Source: Phyllobates terribilis
Lineage: Eukaryota
NCBI RefSeq assembly: GCF_046119375.1
Contig: NW_027362762.1
Coordinates: 683,798,001-683,862,000, forward strand
DNA length: 64,000 nucleotides
Direction of reading: 5' to 3'
Positions 1 through 11,531 of this stretch are shown in pieces (the first letter of the stretch is position 1; every line of letters starts with the position of its first letter). A program made the translations under genes and the position numbers. The notes under the pieces were generated by a model. The model searched no databases, was not told the DNA's origin, and saw only the letters and a program-made list of their open reading frames with translations.

Positions 1-555
1 CCCATGTCTCCATTTGTCTCCATCCTGCACCCAATGTCTCCATCCTGCACCCAATGTCTCCATCCTGCACCCAATGTCTCCATCCTGTCCCCAATGTGTC
101 CATCCTGCCCCCAATGTCTCCATCCTGTCCCCAATATCTCCATCCTGCCCCCAATATCTCTCCATTCTGCTTCATTGTCGCCATCCTGGCCCCATTGTCT
201 CCAATGTCTCCATTCTGCCTCCAATTTCTCCATCCTGCCCCCATGTTTCCATTTGTCTCCATCCTGCCCCCAATGTCTCAACTCTGCCCCAATGTCTCTC
301 CATTCTGCCCCCATGTCTCTCCATCCTGCCCCTCATGTTTCCATTCTGTCCCCAAAGTCTCCCATTCTGAACCCATGTTTCCATTTTGCTCCCAATGTCT
401 CACATTCTGCCCCATGTTTCCATTCTGCCCCCAATGTCTCACATTCTGCCCCATGTTTCCATTCTGCCCCCAATGTCTCACATTCTGCCCCATGTTTCCA
501 TTCTGCCCCCAATGTCTCACATTCTGTCCCCATGTTTCCATTCTGCCCCTTATGC
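1..555. repeat. Minisatellite with a ~19-20 bp unit (CCCAATGTCTCCATCCTGC), shifting to a ~39-bp unit after ~390
   Basis: Direct tandem repetition. It explains the overlapping Pro/Ser/Cys/His-rich ORFs at 4-699. Confidence 0.95.
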
Positions 556-931
556 CCTCATAGTGCGGCTTTAAAAAAATTTAAAAAAAGTAAAAAAAAA
601 AAGTTTCTTCTTACCTTGCGGCGCCCGGCTCTGCCATCACCGGAAGCACGATCGCTGGAGCATGACAGTGACATCATAAGTCAGCGACGTGCGCGCTGAC
701 ATCAGCTGCCGGCCTGTGATTGGCCAGCAGCTGTCAACTATTGCCGTGCGGGAAGCTTCCCGCACAGCAAAAGATTTAAAGTGAACCTGCGTCCGAGGAC
801 GCACATTCACTGTGCCGCTAGAATCCTGCCGCTGGAGCCTGGTGAGCAGAAGAACAGGGGCCCGAACGGCCCCCCTCTGCTCACTGGGCCCCATACATCA
901 GAAGGGCAATAATGCCCTGATGGCTGCCCTG
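1..931 (-). mobile_element. Non-autonomous minisatellite-bearing DNA element, cut by the window start
   Basis: Ends in GGCTGCCCTG (reverse complement CAGGGCAGCC), a GC-rich hAT-like terminus. The other end lies outside the window. Confidence 0.45.
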
Positions 932-1103
932 TGCAGACCCCTCGGTTATCTCATATTGATGACCTATCCCATGGACAACTCAAAATAATAATGTCACAAT
1001 TAAGTGTATGGTTTTTTTTTTTGTTTTTTTTTACATAAAAACAGCAGCTTTTGTGGCTAAACATTTTTGATGAATTTTTTTTGCACTTTATTCTTTTTAT
1101 ATA

Positions 1104-2733
1104 CAGTACAGACCAAAAGTTTGGACACACCTTCCCATTTAAAGATTTTTCTGTATTTTCATTACTATGAAAATTGTACATTCACACTGAAGGCATCAAA
1201 ACTATGAATTAACACATGTGGAATTATATACTTAACAAAAAAGTGTGAAACAACTGAAAATATGTCTTATATTCTAGGTTCTTCAAAGTAGCCACCTTTT
1301 GCTTTGATTACTGCTTTGCACACTCTTGGCATTCTCTTGATGAGCTTCAAGTGGTAGTCACCGGAAATGGTCTTCCAATAATCTTGAAGGAGTTCCCTGA
1401 GATGCTTAGCACTTGTTGGCCCTTTTGCCTTCATTCTGCGGTCCAGCTCACCCCAAACCATCTCGATTGGGTTCAGGTCTGGTGACTGTGGAGGCCAGGT
1501 CATCTGGCGTAGCACCCCATCACTCTCCTTCTTGCTCAAATAGCCCTTACACAGCCTGGAGGTGTGTTTGGGGTCATTGTTCTGTTGAAAAATAAATGAT
1601 GGTCCAACTAAACGCAAACCAGATGGAATAGCATGCCGCTGCAAGATGCTGTGGTAGCCATGCTGGTTTAATATGCCTTCAATTTTGAATAAATCCCCAA
1701 CAGTGTCACCAGCAAAGCACCCCCACACCATCACACCTCCTCCTCCATGCTTCACGGTGGGAACCAGGCATGTAGAGTCCATCCTTTCACCTTTTCTGCG
1801 TCGCACAAAGACATGGTGGTTGGAACCAAAGATCTCAAATTTGGACTCATCAGACCAAAGCACAGATTTCCACTGGTCTAATGTCCATTCCTTGTGTTCT
1901 TTAGCCCAAACAAGTCTCTTCTGCTTGTTGCCTGTCCTTAGCAGTGGTTTCCTAGCAGCTATTTTACCATGAAGGACTGCTGCACAAAGTCTCCTCTTAA
2001 CAGTTGTTGTAGAGATGTGTCTGCTGCTAGAACTCTGTGTGGCATTGACCTGGTCTCTAATCTGAGCTGCTGTTAACCTGCGATTTCTGAGTCTGGTGAC
2101 TCGGATAAACTTATCCTCAGAATCAGAGGTGACTTTTGGTCTTCCTTTCCTGGGGCGGTCCTCATGTGAGCTAGTTTCTTTGTAGCGCTTGATGGTTTTT
2201 GCAACTGCACTTGGGGACACTTTCAAAGTTTTCCCAATTTTTCGGACTGACTGACCTTAATTTCTTAAAGTAATGATGGCCACTCGTTTTTCTTTACTTA
2301 GCTGCTTTTTTCTTGCCATAATACAAATTCTAACAGTCTATTCAGTAGTTCTATCAGCTGCGTATCCACATGACTTCTGCACAACACAACTGATGGTCCC
2401 AGCCCAATTTATAAGGCAAGAAATCCCACTTATTAAACCTGACAGGGCACACCTGTGAAGTGAAAATCATTTCTGGTCACTACCTCTTGAAGCTCATCAA
2501 GAGAATGCCAAGAGTCTGCAAAGCAGTCATCAAAGCTAAAGGTGGCTACTTTGAAGAACTTAGAATATAAGACATATTTTCAGTTGTTTCACACTTTTTT
2601 GTTAAGTATATAATTCCACATGTGTTAATTCATAGTTTTGATGCCTTCAGTGTGAATGTACAATTTTCATAGTAATGAAAATACAGAAAAACCTTTAAAT
2701 GAGAAGGTGTGTCCAAACTTTTGGTCTGTACTC
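1104..2733 (-). mobile_element. Tc1-like transposon, DD38E (Intruder/IT-type)
   Basis: TA-flanked. ~268-bp inverted repeats (1104-1371 and 2466-2733) beginning CAGTACAGACCAAAAGTTTGG. Internal transposase. Confidence 0.95.
1267..2319 (-). pseudogene. Tc1 transposase (350 codons) with a TAA at codon 21 and a D>N change at the second catalytic Asp
   Basis: MARKKQLSKE start at 2319, stop at 2257-2259. Motifs GRPK, WSDESKF, FQQNNDPKH and SPDLNPIE, with 38 residues between the D position and E. Confidence 0.92.
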
Positions 2734-2859
2734 TATGTGTAGATATATTCACAAAATGTTATTGTACTTATTTTACTTATTTACTTAGTCCCCCCATAGG
2801 ACTCAAATTTTCAGTGGTCTGATCGTATAAATTGTATTGTACACAGGTTGCGCAACCAA

Positions 2860-3520
2860 AGATCGCTCTGTGTAGCTGCTACATCTGAGGTCAGGGGGTC
2901 GCATTTCAACCCATAGGGTACGACTGTGGCAAGCAAATCTCAAGAAATACAACCAGCTCCGTCTTTTTGCGGCATGCTTGTCGGAGTAGCGGTACCCTAT
3001 TTGCCTGAATTATGTTTTGATGAAACAGCCGCACAAAGCGACCTTTTACCGTATGACCTGTGTCATAGACAAAGTCGCCGTCCAAGTGCAGCCATATCAG
3101 GCTGGAATACAAATTTATGTGTGGAAGTTTGATACTCACCCCAAGAAGTATAACCTCCCATTAGCAAGTTACCAGATTTATGTAATTATTAATCAGCTCT
3201 GATTCATGCACTTTAGCAGCATTTAAGGTTCCGTCATCTCATTGATTTTCATATTATATGTACCGTACTTGAGACCTTGGGTACCAATGGAATGATGTTT
3301 TTATGTGTAATTCATCTTTTGATGTAGTTAATAGTGTAATGATTTATTCATATAAAAGAAATTTGGTTGGCACTGCTTTCTGTTTATCCTGACAAAAATC
3401 TGCCAGGGCAGAGGAAGCATGATTGAATGCGAAACAGCCCTCACCCTGTCATACACATCCCTTAGATATCCACTTTTCTAAATAAAAAAATATTTTTTTT
3501 TCACTCAAGTGCTGTATTTT
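2860..3520 (+). mobile_element. Degenerate Penelope-like element 3' end
   Basis: Frameshifted EYKF-WKFDT--PR-like C-terminus near 3100-3150, followed by a hammerhead-like motif and an AATAAA. Confidence 0.55.
3404..3448 (+). ncRNA. Degenerate type I hammerhead ribozyme motif
   Basis: CAGGG-CAGAGGA-A-GCAT(GATTGA)ATGC-GAAAC-AGCCC-TCA-CCCTG. Stems I and II pair; the core has U4>A and G16.2 is lost. Confidence 0.55.
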
Positions 3521-3950
3521 CTTTCTATTCTTTAGTCTATTGGTTTATATTTGACATCAGTCTTTTTGTATCAGTGTTACCCGAGGCAAACACAGACAGA
3601 AAAGAATCACTGTGCAAGACTAGTATATGGCCCATTGCAGTCCAAAAGCTCATCTTAAAGCACCCCTATATGATATGTGTCTGTGACATGAGTTGCTTGC
3701 TTCTTTGGAGGCGGAATTGGGCCCCCTTGCCGCTTGGTCCCTGTGCGGCTACACAGATTGCACAAATGGCATATCCGCCCCTCGGTGTTATGTTTTAAAT
3801 GATTGTAGAAAAAAATGCTAAGTAATTTTAACTGTGCTTTTACATTTTTTTTCCTGGAATTTCAATAGAGAAGCCTATGGGAAAAATTCTACAAGAAATA
3901 TCACACGATGAGTATGCTACATTTTGAGAAAATTACCAGAAAATGACATA

Positions 3951-5512
3951 CACTGCTCAAAAAAATAAAGGGAACGCTTAAACAACACAATATAACTCCA
4001 AGTCAATCACACTTCTGTGAAATCAACCTGTCCAGTTATGAAGCAACACTGATTGTGAATCAATTTCTCCTGCTGTTGTGCAAATGGAACAAACAACTGG
4101 TAGAAATGATGGGCAATTAGCAAGAAACCCCCTATAAAGGAGTGGTTCTGCAGGTGGTGACCACAGACCATTTCTCATCCTTTTTGGCTCTTGTTTTGGT
4201 CACTTTTTCATTTTGCCATTGCTCTCACCCCTAGAGGTACAGTAGCATGAGGCGGTGTCTACAGTACAACCCACAGAAGTTGCTCAAGTAGTGAAGTTAA
4301 TCCAGGATGGCACATCAGTGTGAGCTGTGGCAAGAAGGGTAGCTGTGTCTGTCAGCACAGTGTCCAGAGCATGGAGCAGATACCAGGAGATGTGGAGGGA
4401 GCCATAGGAGGGTAACAACCCAGCAGCAGGACCTTTACCTCCGCCTTTGTGCAAGGAGGAACAGGAGGAGCACTGCCAGAGCCCTGCAAAATGACCTACA
4501 GCAGGCCACAAATGAGCATGTGTCTGCACAAACGGTTAGAAACCGATTCCATGAGGGTGGTATGAGGGCCTGACGTCCACAGCCCCACATGCTCACAGCC
4601 CAATACCATGCAGGATGCTTGGCGTTTGCCACAGAACACCAGGATAGGCAAAGTCACCACTGGCGCCCTGTGCTCTTCACAGATGAAAGCAGGTTCACAT
4701 TGAGCGCATGTGACAGACGTAACAGAGTCTGGAGATGCCCTGGAGAGCAATCTGCTGCCTGCAACATCCTTTAGCATGACTGGTTTGGCAGTGGGTCAGT
4801 AATGGCGTAGGGTGGCATTTCTTTGGAGGGGCCGCACAGCCCTCCATGTGCTCGCCAGAGATAGCCTGACTGCCATTACGTACCGAGATGAGATCCTCAG
4901 ACCCCTTGTGAGGCCATTTGCTGGTGCGGTTGGCCCTGGGTTCCTCCTAATGCAGGACAATGCCAGACCTCATGTGGCTGGAGTGTGTCAGCAGTTCCTG
5001 CAAGATGAAGGCATTGAAGCTATGGACTGGCCCTCCCATTCCCCAGACCTGAATCCGATTGATCACATCTGGGACATCATGTCTCGCTCCATCCACCAAC
5101 GTCACGTTGCACCACAGACTGTCCAGGAGTTGGCGGATGCTTTAGTCCAGGTCTGGGAGAAGATCCCACAGGAGACCATCCACAACCTCATCAGGAGCAT
5201 GCCCAGGCATTGTAGGGAGGCGATACAGGTACGTGGAGGCCACACACAATACTGAGCCTCATTTTGACTTGTTTTAAGGACATTACATCAAAGTTGGATC
5301 AGCCTGTAGTGTGTTTCTCCACTTTAATTTTGGGGTGACTCCAAATCCAGGCCTCCATTGGTTAATAAATTTGATTTTCATTGATGATTTTTGTGTGATT
5401 TTGTTGTCAGCACATTCAACTTTGTACAGAACAAAGTATTCATTGAGAATATTTCATTCATTCAGATCTAGGATGTGTTATTTGAGTGTTCCCTTTATTT
5501 TTTTGAGCAGTG
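3951..5512 (+). mobile_element. Tc1-like transposon (DD34E type) with short TIRs and a decayed transposase
   Basis: TA-CACTGCTCAAAAAAATAAAGGGAAC...GTTCCCTTTATTTTTTTGAGCAGTG-TA. Fragments VLFTDESRF, QDNARPH and SPDLNPID. Several stops and frameshifts. Confidence 0.93.
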
Positions 5513-7156
5513 TATAACCACATCCAAATACAGTATGTGGATTCTTCGGAATATCTATCCTTGCATGACTGATAATCTCAATGCATTGGAAGACTCAATA
5601 ACCAGTAGCAGAAATCCAAATTTAACTGGGATCTAAGGGATTGTAAAAATTATGAGATATACACCTGGAAAGAGAGAAACCATGACAGATGTAATATGAG
5701 GCCTATGGCAAAAATTGGAATTCTAATCGCCCTCAGACAAATGGTAGTAATTCATCAAATAAGTGTGTTTCTTTTTCATCATCTGAATGGGATTCTAATT
5801 ACTTTAGTTCCGATAATTCTGTTTCCTGCAATTCATCTTCCCTGTCAAAAAAAAGCAAGAGGAGGAGGAGGGGAGGGACAAGGATCAGGAACAGATACCA
5901 ACAGAAGATATCCTACGAGGGAGAAAAAGAGACACTAGCTTCACTAGAGAATTGCCTTGACAGTGTGTTGATCTTTACCCCCATAATCCTTTCCATTGCT
6001 CAGGTTGAGGTTTTGATTAAGGGGCTTAAAGGGGTTGTCTGATCCAAATTGATAAGTCTGTAGTCGCTCTGTGTGACTGCAAACTTATGATTTCCCCCAA
6101 CGCATGCACTGTGTGCTGCGGGGATTCGCCGGATTCTGATCGGGACTGGAGGATATGTATGCAGGGGTGGATTAAGAGTAGCCAGGGCCCTGGGCAGTTT
6201 AGAAGGCGCGGGTGTCCCCCCAACTAGCTACTGAATATATCACGTGACATGTCACATGTTCCCCTTTGATATATCATGGGATAGGTTCTGTGAGTAACAC
6301 ACAGGTGCTTTGGTGCATATCCGTAGATGGAAAATGACAGAGATAGCAGCGCGCGTAGCGCACCGTGCAAATTTTTCCCTTGCGTACAACACCATACATA
6401 ACATAGCACTATATAAAATAGAGCAGGTGTGGGAAATTAATTATCAAGGGGCCGGCCACATGAGAGACCCTGACTGTTGTGGGGGCTGAACCAATAGGCT
6501 GAAATTAATTCTGCTCAATATTAAGATAATATTTAAAAAAATATTATTAATTGTATGACTTAATATTGAGCAGAATTAAGTATGCTGACATTCTCCTTTA
6601 TACAGTATGAGCCCCTATAATCAGCAACCAAATCGATCAACCTATGGGGTCCTTATACATGTAAACCATAATAAAAAACAGTAAAAAATTCTCTATTTAG
6701 TTCATTTAAAAACCTACTACATGAAGACATAACTGCACACATACATAAATACACACACATTTGCACAGAAAAACTGTGATTTAAAAAAAAGCAGAAATGA
6801 GGAGAGATGAAGACTAGTTTTGCCCTTCACAATTACCTTCCTGACAGCAGAGGTTGGCACCCTAACTTGAAACGGTATGGCACCCCCTCTTCTCGCCGAC
6901 TGCCCCTATGTAGCCCTACCACTATTCTAACTGACCAGGCATCCTCTATAGGTGATCAGACAATATGTAATGAACATATATAAATATATACAGTATAGAT
7001 ACTAGTGAGGGGTATATATATCATCAATATTTTTCAACAATCTGACCAGAAAAAAAAACCCAAACAAAGTCCAAGAAGAAACTCATATGATGTCCTTGTC
7101 AAGCACAGAATAACCCTTCAGATCATAAATAGCCGGTCAAGTGGCAGTGCAAATAA

Positions 7157-7594
7157 AGGTGTTGTCCACTACTTGGACAACCCCTTCTCATACCCCACGT
7201 TTTGCCCCGATAAAATAAAAAAAGTATATACTCACCTCGCCATTCCCGCGGTGTCGGCACTTGTGTTCCTGGGGCTCTCGTGCTGTTGTTATGACACGTG
7301 ACCTCGGCGGCCAATCTGCACTGGCGTCACTGTCTCCACCTTTGGACATATTGAACATGAAAAGGAAGTCCGGGTTGCAGCTGATCTATGACTTTCTCTT
7401 CATGTTCAATTCAACAAAACGCGGAGACAGTGATGCCAGTGCTGACTGCACGCCGGGCATCACGTGTCATAAAGCCGCACAACCGGGACCGTGAGTGCCG
7501 ACACCGCAGGAAGGGGGTGAGTATAGGCCTTTTTATTCTATCGGGGCAAAATGTGGGGGGTGAGAATGGGTTGTCCTAGTAGTGGGCAACCCCT
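7157..7594. mobile_element. T2/Kolobok-type MITE
   Basis: Termini AGGTGTTGTCCACTACT and AGTAGTGGGCAACCCCT, flanked by ATAA/TTAA. Confidence 0.65.
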
Positions 7595-7649
7595 TTAAAA
7601 CCACAAAACATCCGTATTCCTCATAGTCACGATTCTATGGACATGTACT

Positions 7650-8090
7650 ATCCTACATACAATATGAGCCCCCACACAGCCCTGTACATACAGTATGAGC
7701 ACTCACATAACTCCCTGTGTACAGTATATGCCCCACATAGCTCCCATATACAGTATGAGCCTGCTCATAGCCTCCTATATACTGTATGAGCCGCACATAG
7801 CTCACACAGCTCCCTATATACAGTATGAGCCCCATATAGCCTCCTATATACACTATGAGCCTGCACATAGCCTACTGTATACAGTGTGAGCCCCTATACA
7901 GCCTCCTGTATACAGTGAGCGCCCCAATATCGCCTCCTATTTACATTATGAGCCCCTATATAGCCTCCTGTATACAGTGTGTGCCCCCATATTGCCTCCT
8001 ATTTAGAGTATGAGCCCCTATATGGCCTCCTGTTTATAGTGTGTGCCCCCATATCACCTCCTACAGCATGTGTCCCTATATAGCCTCCAA
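7650..8090. repeat. Degenerate ~30-bp minisatellite (ATACAGTATGAGCCCC...)
   Basis: Tandem repetition. Confidence 0.85.
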
Positions 8091-8114
8091 ATAGCTAAGT
8101 CTGCCGGATGGTAA

Positions 8115-8316
8115 GTATGAGTTATACATACTCCCAGCCAGAGCCCATCCAGTACAGCCTCGCTCCATACACTTTTATTGAGTGAGGCCGCACCTCGACT
8201 AGTGATGCAGCTAGTGGGCATGACCATCTAGAGGGTGAGGCCTCGCTCCATACAAATGTATGGAGCGAGGCCGCCCCACTGGACGGGCTCTGGCTGGGAG
8301 TATGTATAACTCATAC
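8115..8316. repeat. Palindromic MITE-internal segment
   Basis: GTATGAGTTATACATACTCCCAGCCAGAGCCC is mirrored by GGGCTCTGGCTGGGAGTATGTATAACTCATAC. Confidence 0.75.
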
Positions 8317-8743
8317 ATACCCTCCGGTCCCAGCTCAGAAACCAATAAATCCCCGCAGCACACAGTGCTCACCGTTCTTTAAAATCAGTAATCCTTTATT
8401 TCATAAATTGAATAAAAAGTCACTGGAAAGCAGGGAGTGTGGGGAGGAGAGACGGACGACAGTCATTTCACGCTGTAGATAGTGTGTCGCCCCTGAGGGT
8501 TCAGTCGCCACAGAGGTACTGCATCCATGGTGCCTCACTCTCTGGTAAGGAAAGGAGTACAGGCCGGGACCCCAACACCTGCATCCAACAATACACTGCT
8601 CCAGGCCGGCTGGAAGGGCAAGATGCACTGTGTTCTGCTGAGCCCTGTCCCTGGCTGGAGTGGGGGGAACCAGAGTGAAGGGGAACCAAGTAGTGTGTGT
8701 GGGTGGAGGAAGGAGTTTAGGGGAGCATTTTGTTAGGAGTATA

Positions 8744-10394
8744 CAGTTATATGAAAAAGTTTGGGCACCCCTATTAATCTTAAGCTTAATGTTTTATAAA
8801 AATTAGTGTTTTTGCAACAGCTATTTCAGTTTGATATATGTAATAACTGTTGGACACAGTAATGTTTCTGCCTTGAAATGAGGTTTATTGTACTAACAGA
8901 AAATGTACAATCTGCATTCAAACAAAATTTGACAGGTGCATAAGTATGGGCACCCTTATCATTTTCTTGTTTTAAATACTCCTACCTACTTTTTACTGAC
9001 TTACTAAAGCACTTTTTTTTGGTTTTGTAACCTCATTGAGCTTTGAACTTCATAGCCAGGTGTATGCAATCATGAGAAAAGCTACTTAAAGTGGCCACTT
9101 GCAAGTTGTTCTCCTGTTTGAATCTCCTCTGAAGAGTGGCATCATGGGCTCCTCAAAACAACTGTCAAATGATCTGAAAACAAAGATTATTCAACATAGT
9201 TGTTCAGGGGAAGGATACAAAAAGCTGTCTCAGAGATTTAACCTGTCAGTTTCCACTGTGAGGAACATAGTAAGGAAATGGAAGAACACAGGGACAGTTC
9301 TTGTTAAGGCCAGAAGTGGCAGGCCAAGAAAAACATCAGGAAGGCAGAGAAGAAGAATGGTGAGATCAGTCAAGGACAATCCTCAGACCACCTCCAGAGA
9401 GCTGCAGCATCAACTTGCTGCAGATGGTGTCACTGTGCATCGGTCAACTATACAACGCACTTTGCACAAGGAGAAGCTGTATGGGAGAGTGATGCGAAAG
9501 AAGCCGTTTCTGCAAGCACGCCACAAACAGAGTCGGCTGAGGTATGCAAAAGCTCATTTGGAGAAGCCAATTTCATTTTGGAAGAAGGTCCTGTGGACTG
9601 ATGAAACCAAGATTGAGTTGTTTGGTCATACAAAAAGGCGTTATGCATGGCGGCAAAAAAACACAGCATTCCAAGAAAAACACTTGCTACCCACAGTAAA
9701 ATTTGGTGGAGGTTCCATCATGCTTTGGGGCTGTGTGGCCAATGTCGGCACCGGGAATCTTGTTAAAGCTGAGAGACGCATGGATTCCACTCAGTATCAG
9801 CAGATTCTTGACAATAATGTTCAAGAATCAGTGACAACGTTGAAGTTACGCAGGGGATGGATCTTTCAGCGAGACAATGATCCAAAACACCGCTCCAAAT
9901 CTACTCAGGCATTCATGCAGAGGAACAATTACAATGTTCTGGAATGGCCATCCCAGTCCCCAGACCTGAATATCATTGAACATCTGTGGGATCATTTGAA
10001 GAGGGCTGTCCATGCTCGGCGACCATCAAACTTAACTGAACTGGAATTGTTTTGTAAAGAGGAATGGTCAAAAACACCTTCATCCAGGATCCAGGAACTC
10101 ATTAAAAGCTACAGGAAGCGACTAGAGGCTGTTATTTTTGCAAAAGGAGGATCTACTAAATATTAATGTCACTTTTCTGGTGAGGTGCCCATACTTATGC
10201 ACCTGTCAAATTTTGTTTGAATGCAGATTGCACATTTTCTGTTAGTACAATAAACCTCATTTCAAGGCAGAAACATTACTGTGTCCAACAGTTATTACAT
10301 ATATCAAACTGAAATAGCTGTTGCAAAAACACCAATTTTTATAAAACATTAAGCTTAAGATTAATAGGGGTGCCCAAACTTTTTCATATAACTG
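8744..10394 (+). mobile_element. Tc1-like IR/DR transposon, structurally intact
   Basis: TA TSD. 211-bp TIRs (8744-8954 and 10184-10394) with two mismatches seen, and a (T/A)TGGGCACC direct repeat at both ends of each TIR. Confidence 0.97.
9144..10166 (+). CDS. Tc1 DD34E transposase, 340 aa, uninterrupted
   Basis: MGSSKQLS start. Motifs SGRPRK, WTDETK, MLWGC, QRDNDPKH and SPDLNIIE (34 spacing), ending GGSTKY*. The ORF track start at 9099 is an upstream non-ATG codon. Confidence 0.93.
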   Translation: MGSSKQLSNDLKTKIIQHSCSGEGYKKLSQRFNLSVSTVRNIVRKWKNTGTVLVKARSGRPRKTSGRQRRRMVRSVKDNPQTTSRELQHQLAADGVTVHRSTIQRTLHKEKLYGRVMRKKPFLQARHKQSRLRYAKAHLEKPISFWKKVLWTDETKIELFGHTKRRYAWRQKNTAFQEKHLLPTVKFGGGSIMLWGCVANVGTGNLVKAERRMDSTQYQQILDNNVQESVTTLKLRRGWIFQRDNDPKHRSKSTQAFMQRNNYNVLEWPSQSPDLNIIEHLWDHLKRAVHARRPSNLTELELFCKEEWSKTPSSRIQELIKSYRKRLEAVIFAKGGSTKY

Positions 10395-11531
10395 TATATA
10401 GGGGATCCATCTTAGTTAGAAAAGGAGAAAAAGGGAGTGTAAAGTAGTGAGTCTGAGAGACAGGAGCAGATGCTCTTCAGGATCTCTACTCCAGACCGGG
10501 CCTGGTAAATGAGGCCCAGCGGAGGAGAGAAGAGGAGGGGAGCAGAGGAGGAAGGCTCCAGTAACTGAAGGGGTCCCAGGGGTACGGAAGGAGCAGGAAG
10601 CCACCCGTATGCCCATATCTGTCAGGTGTCAGAGGGACCAGGCCGCAAGAAGGGAACCGGTCCCTGGGCTAGTCATGTCGCTTCAAGCCTCGGCTAGGAA
10701 ACCGGAGGCTTCTGACTTTTATGGTGCAGTTGCCATACTCGCATTCTAGCAGCCAAGAAAGGTAGCCTTGTAGGACCAGGGAACTCCAGGTGTCCCTGAA
10801 GGATCCGAGGACGCCATCTTGGGGCTCAGTTTGTGAGGCGCAGGGCAGGAGGGAGAGACCCAAAGCGGAAAGTCGGTTGAAGAAAGGAACACATAGAAAG
10901 GTGGTCCCGACAAGTACTCTCGAATTGCCGGAGGGACTTCTGAACCCCTGCTTGGGGAACGCAGCACAACGTGGGAAGCGGTAACCTGTGCACTGTAACC
11001 TGAGGAACTTGTCAACAGTGAGTAAAAATCAGAGGACTGCACTTGAATGTCTCTGTTGGTTATTGACGCTGCGCCATCTTCCCTCCTACACCACAGCGCC
11101 CTACATCCCATTCAACAACTCTGCCCCGGGGGCCCGCTCTGCCTGTGGGGAGCAGGAACATCCCAGCTGCCATCCCATCACCCCCGAAGGTCTGCATCAG
11201 CGCTGGTAACTATTACCAGAAACCACAGGTGGCGTCACAAAACAAACCGTTAACAAAAACACTAAAACCCCTTTTAAAGAGTGACCCAGAGGACGGGCCC
11301 AGGAGCCGACTGCCGTGATATCCTGCAAAGAAGGTAACGGCCCGGGTACCGAGTCTCCCCCGTATCCCCCTGGGCGAGACAATAGCGCTTCTGCAGGTCC
11401 AGATAGTCAGAAGTGCAACCTCACTTCCTCTAGCAGGTGAGTAATTAGGTTCACATCAGAAAATTAAAACAATCATAAAAACATAGAAAAATCTGATTGG
11501 TTATTCAGCCCCAAAGGGTCAGTAGCATTGG

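Larger units (their letters stand above)
8483..11381 (+). mobile_element. Gypsy-type solo LTR (~1.25 kb after removing the nested Tc1)
   Basis: TGTGTCGCCC...GGGCGAGACA terminal inverted repeat, 4-bp TSD ATAG (8479-8482 and 11382-11385), and similarity to the LTR at 22119-23329. Confidence 0.9.

Noticed and set aside
4-699. Overlapping 118-231 aa ORFs
   Set aside because: They are translations of a minisatellite that lacks stop codons in several frames.
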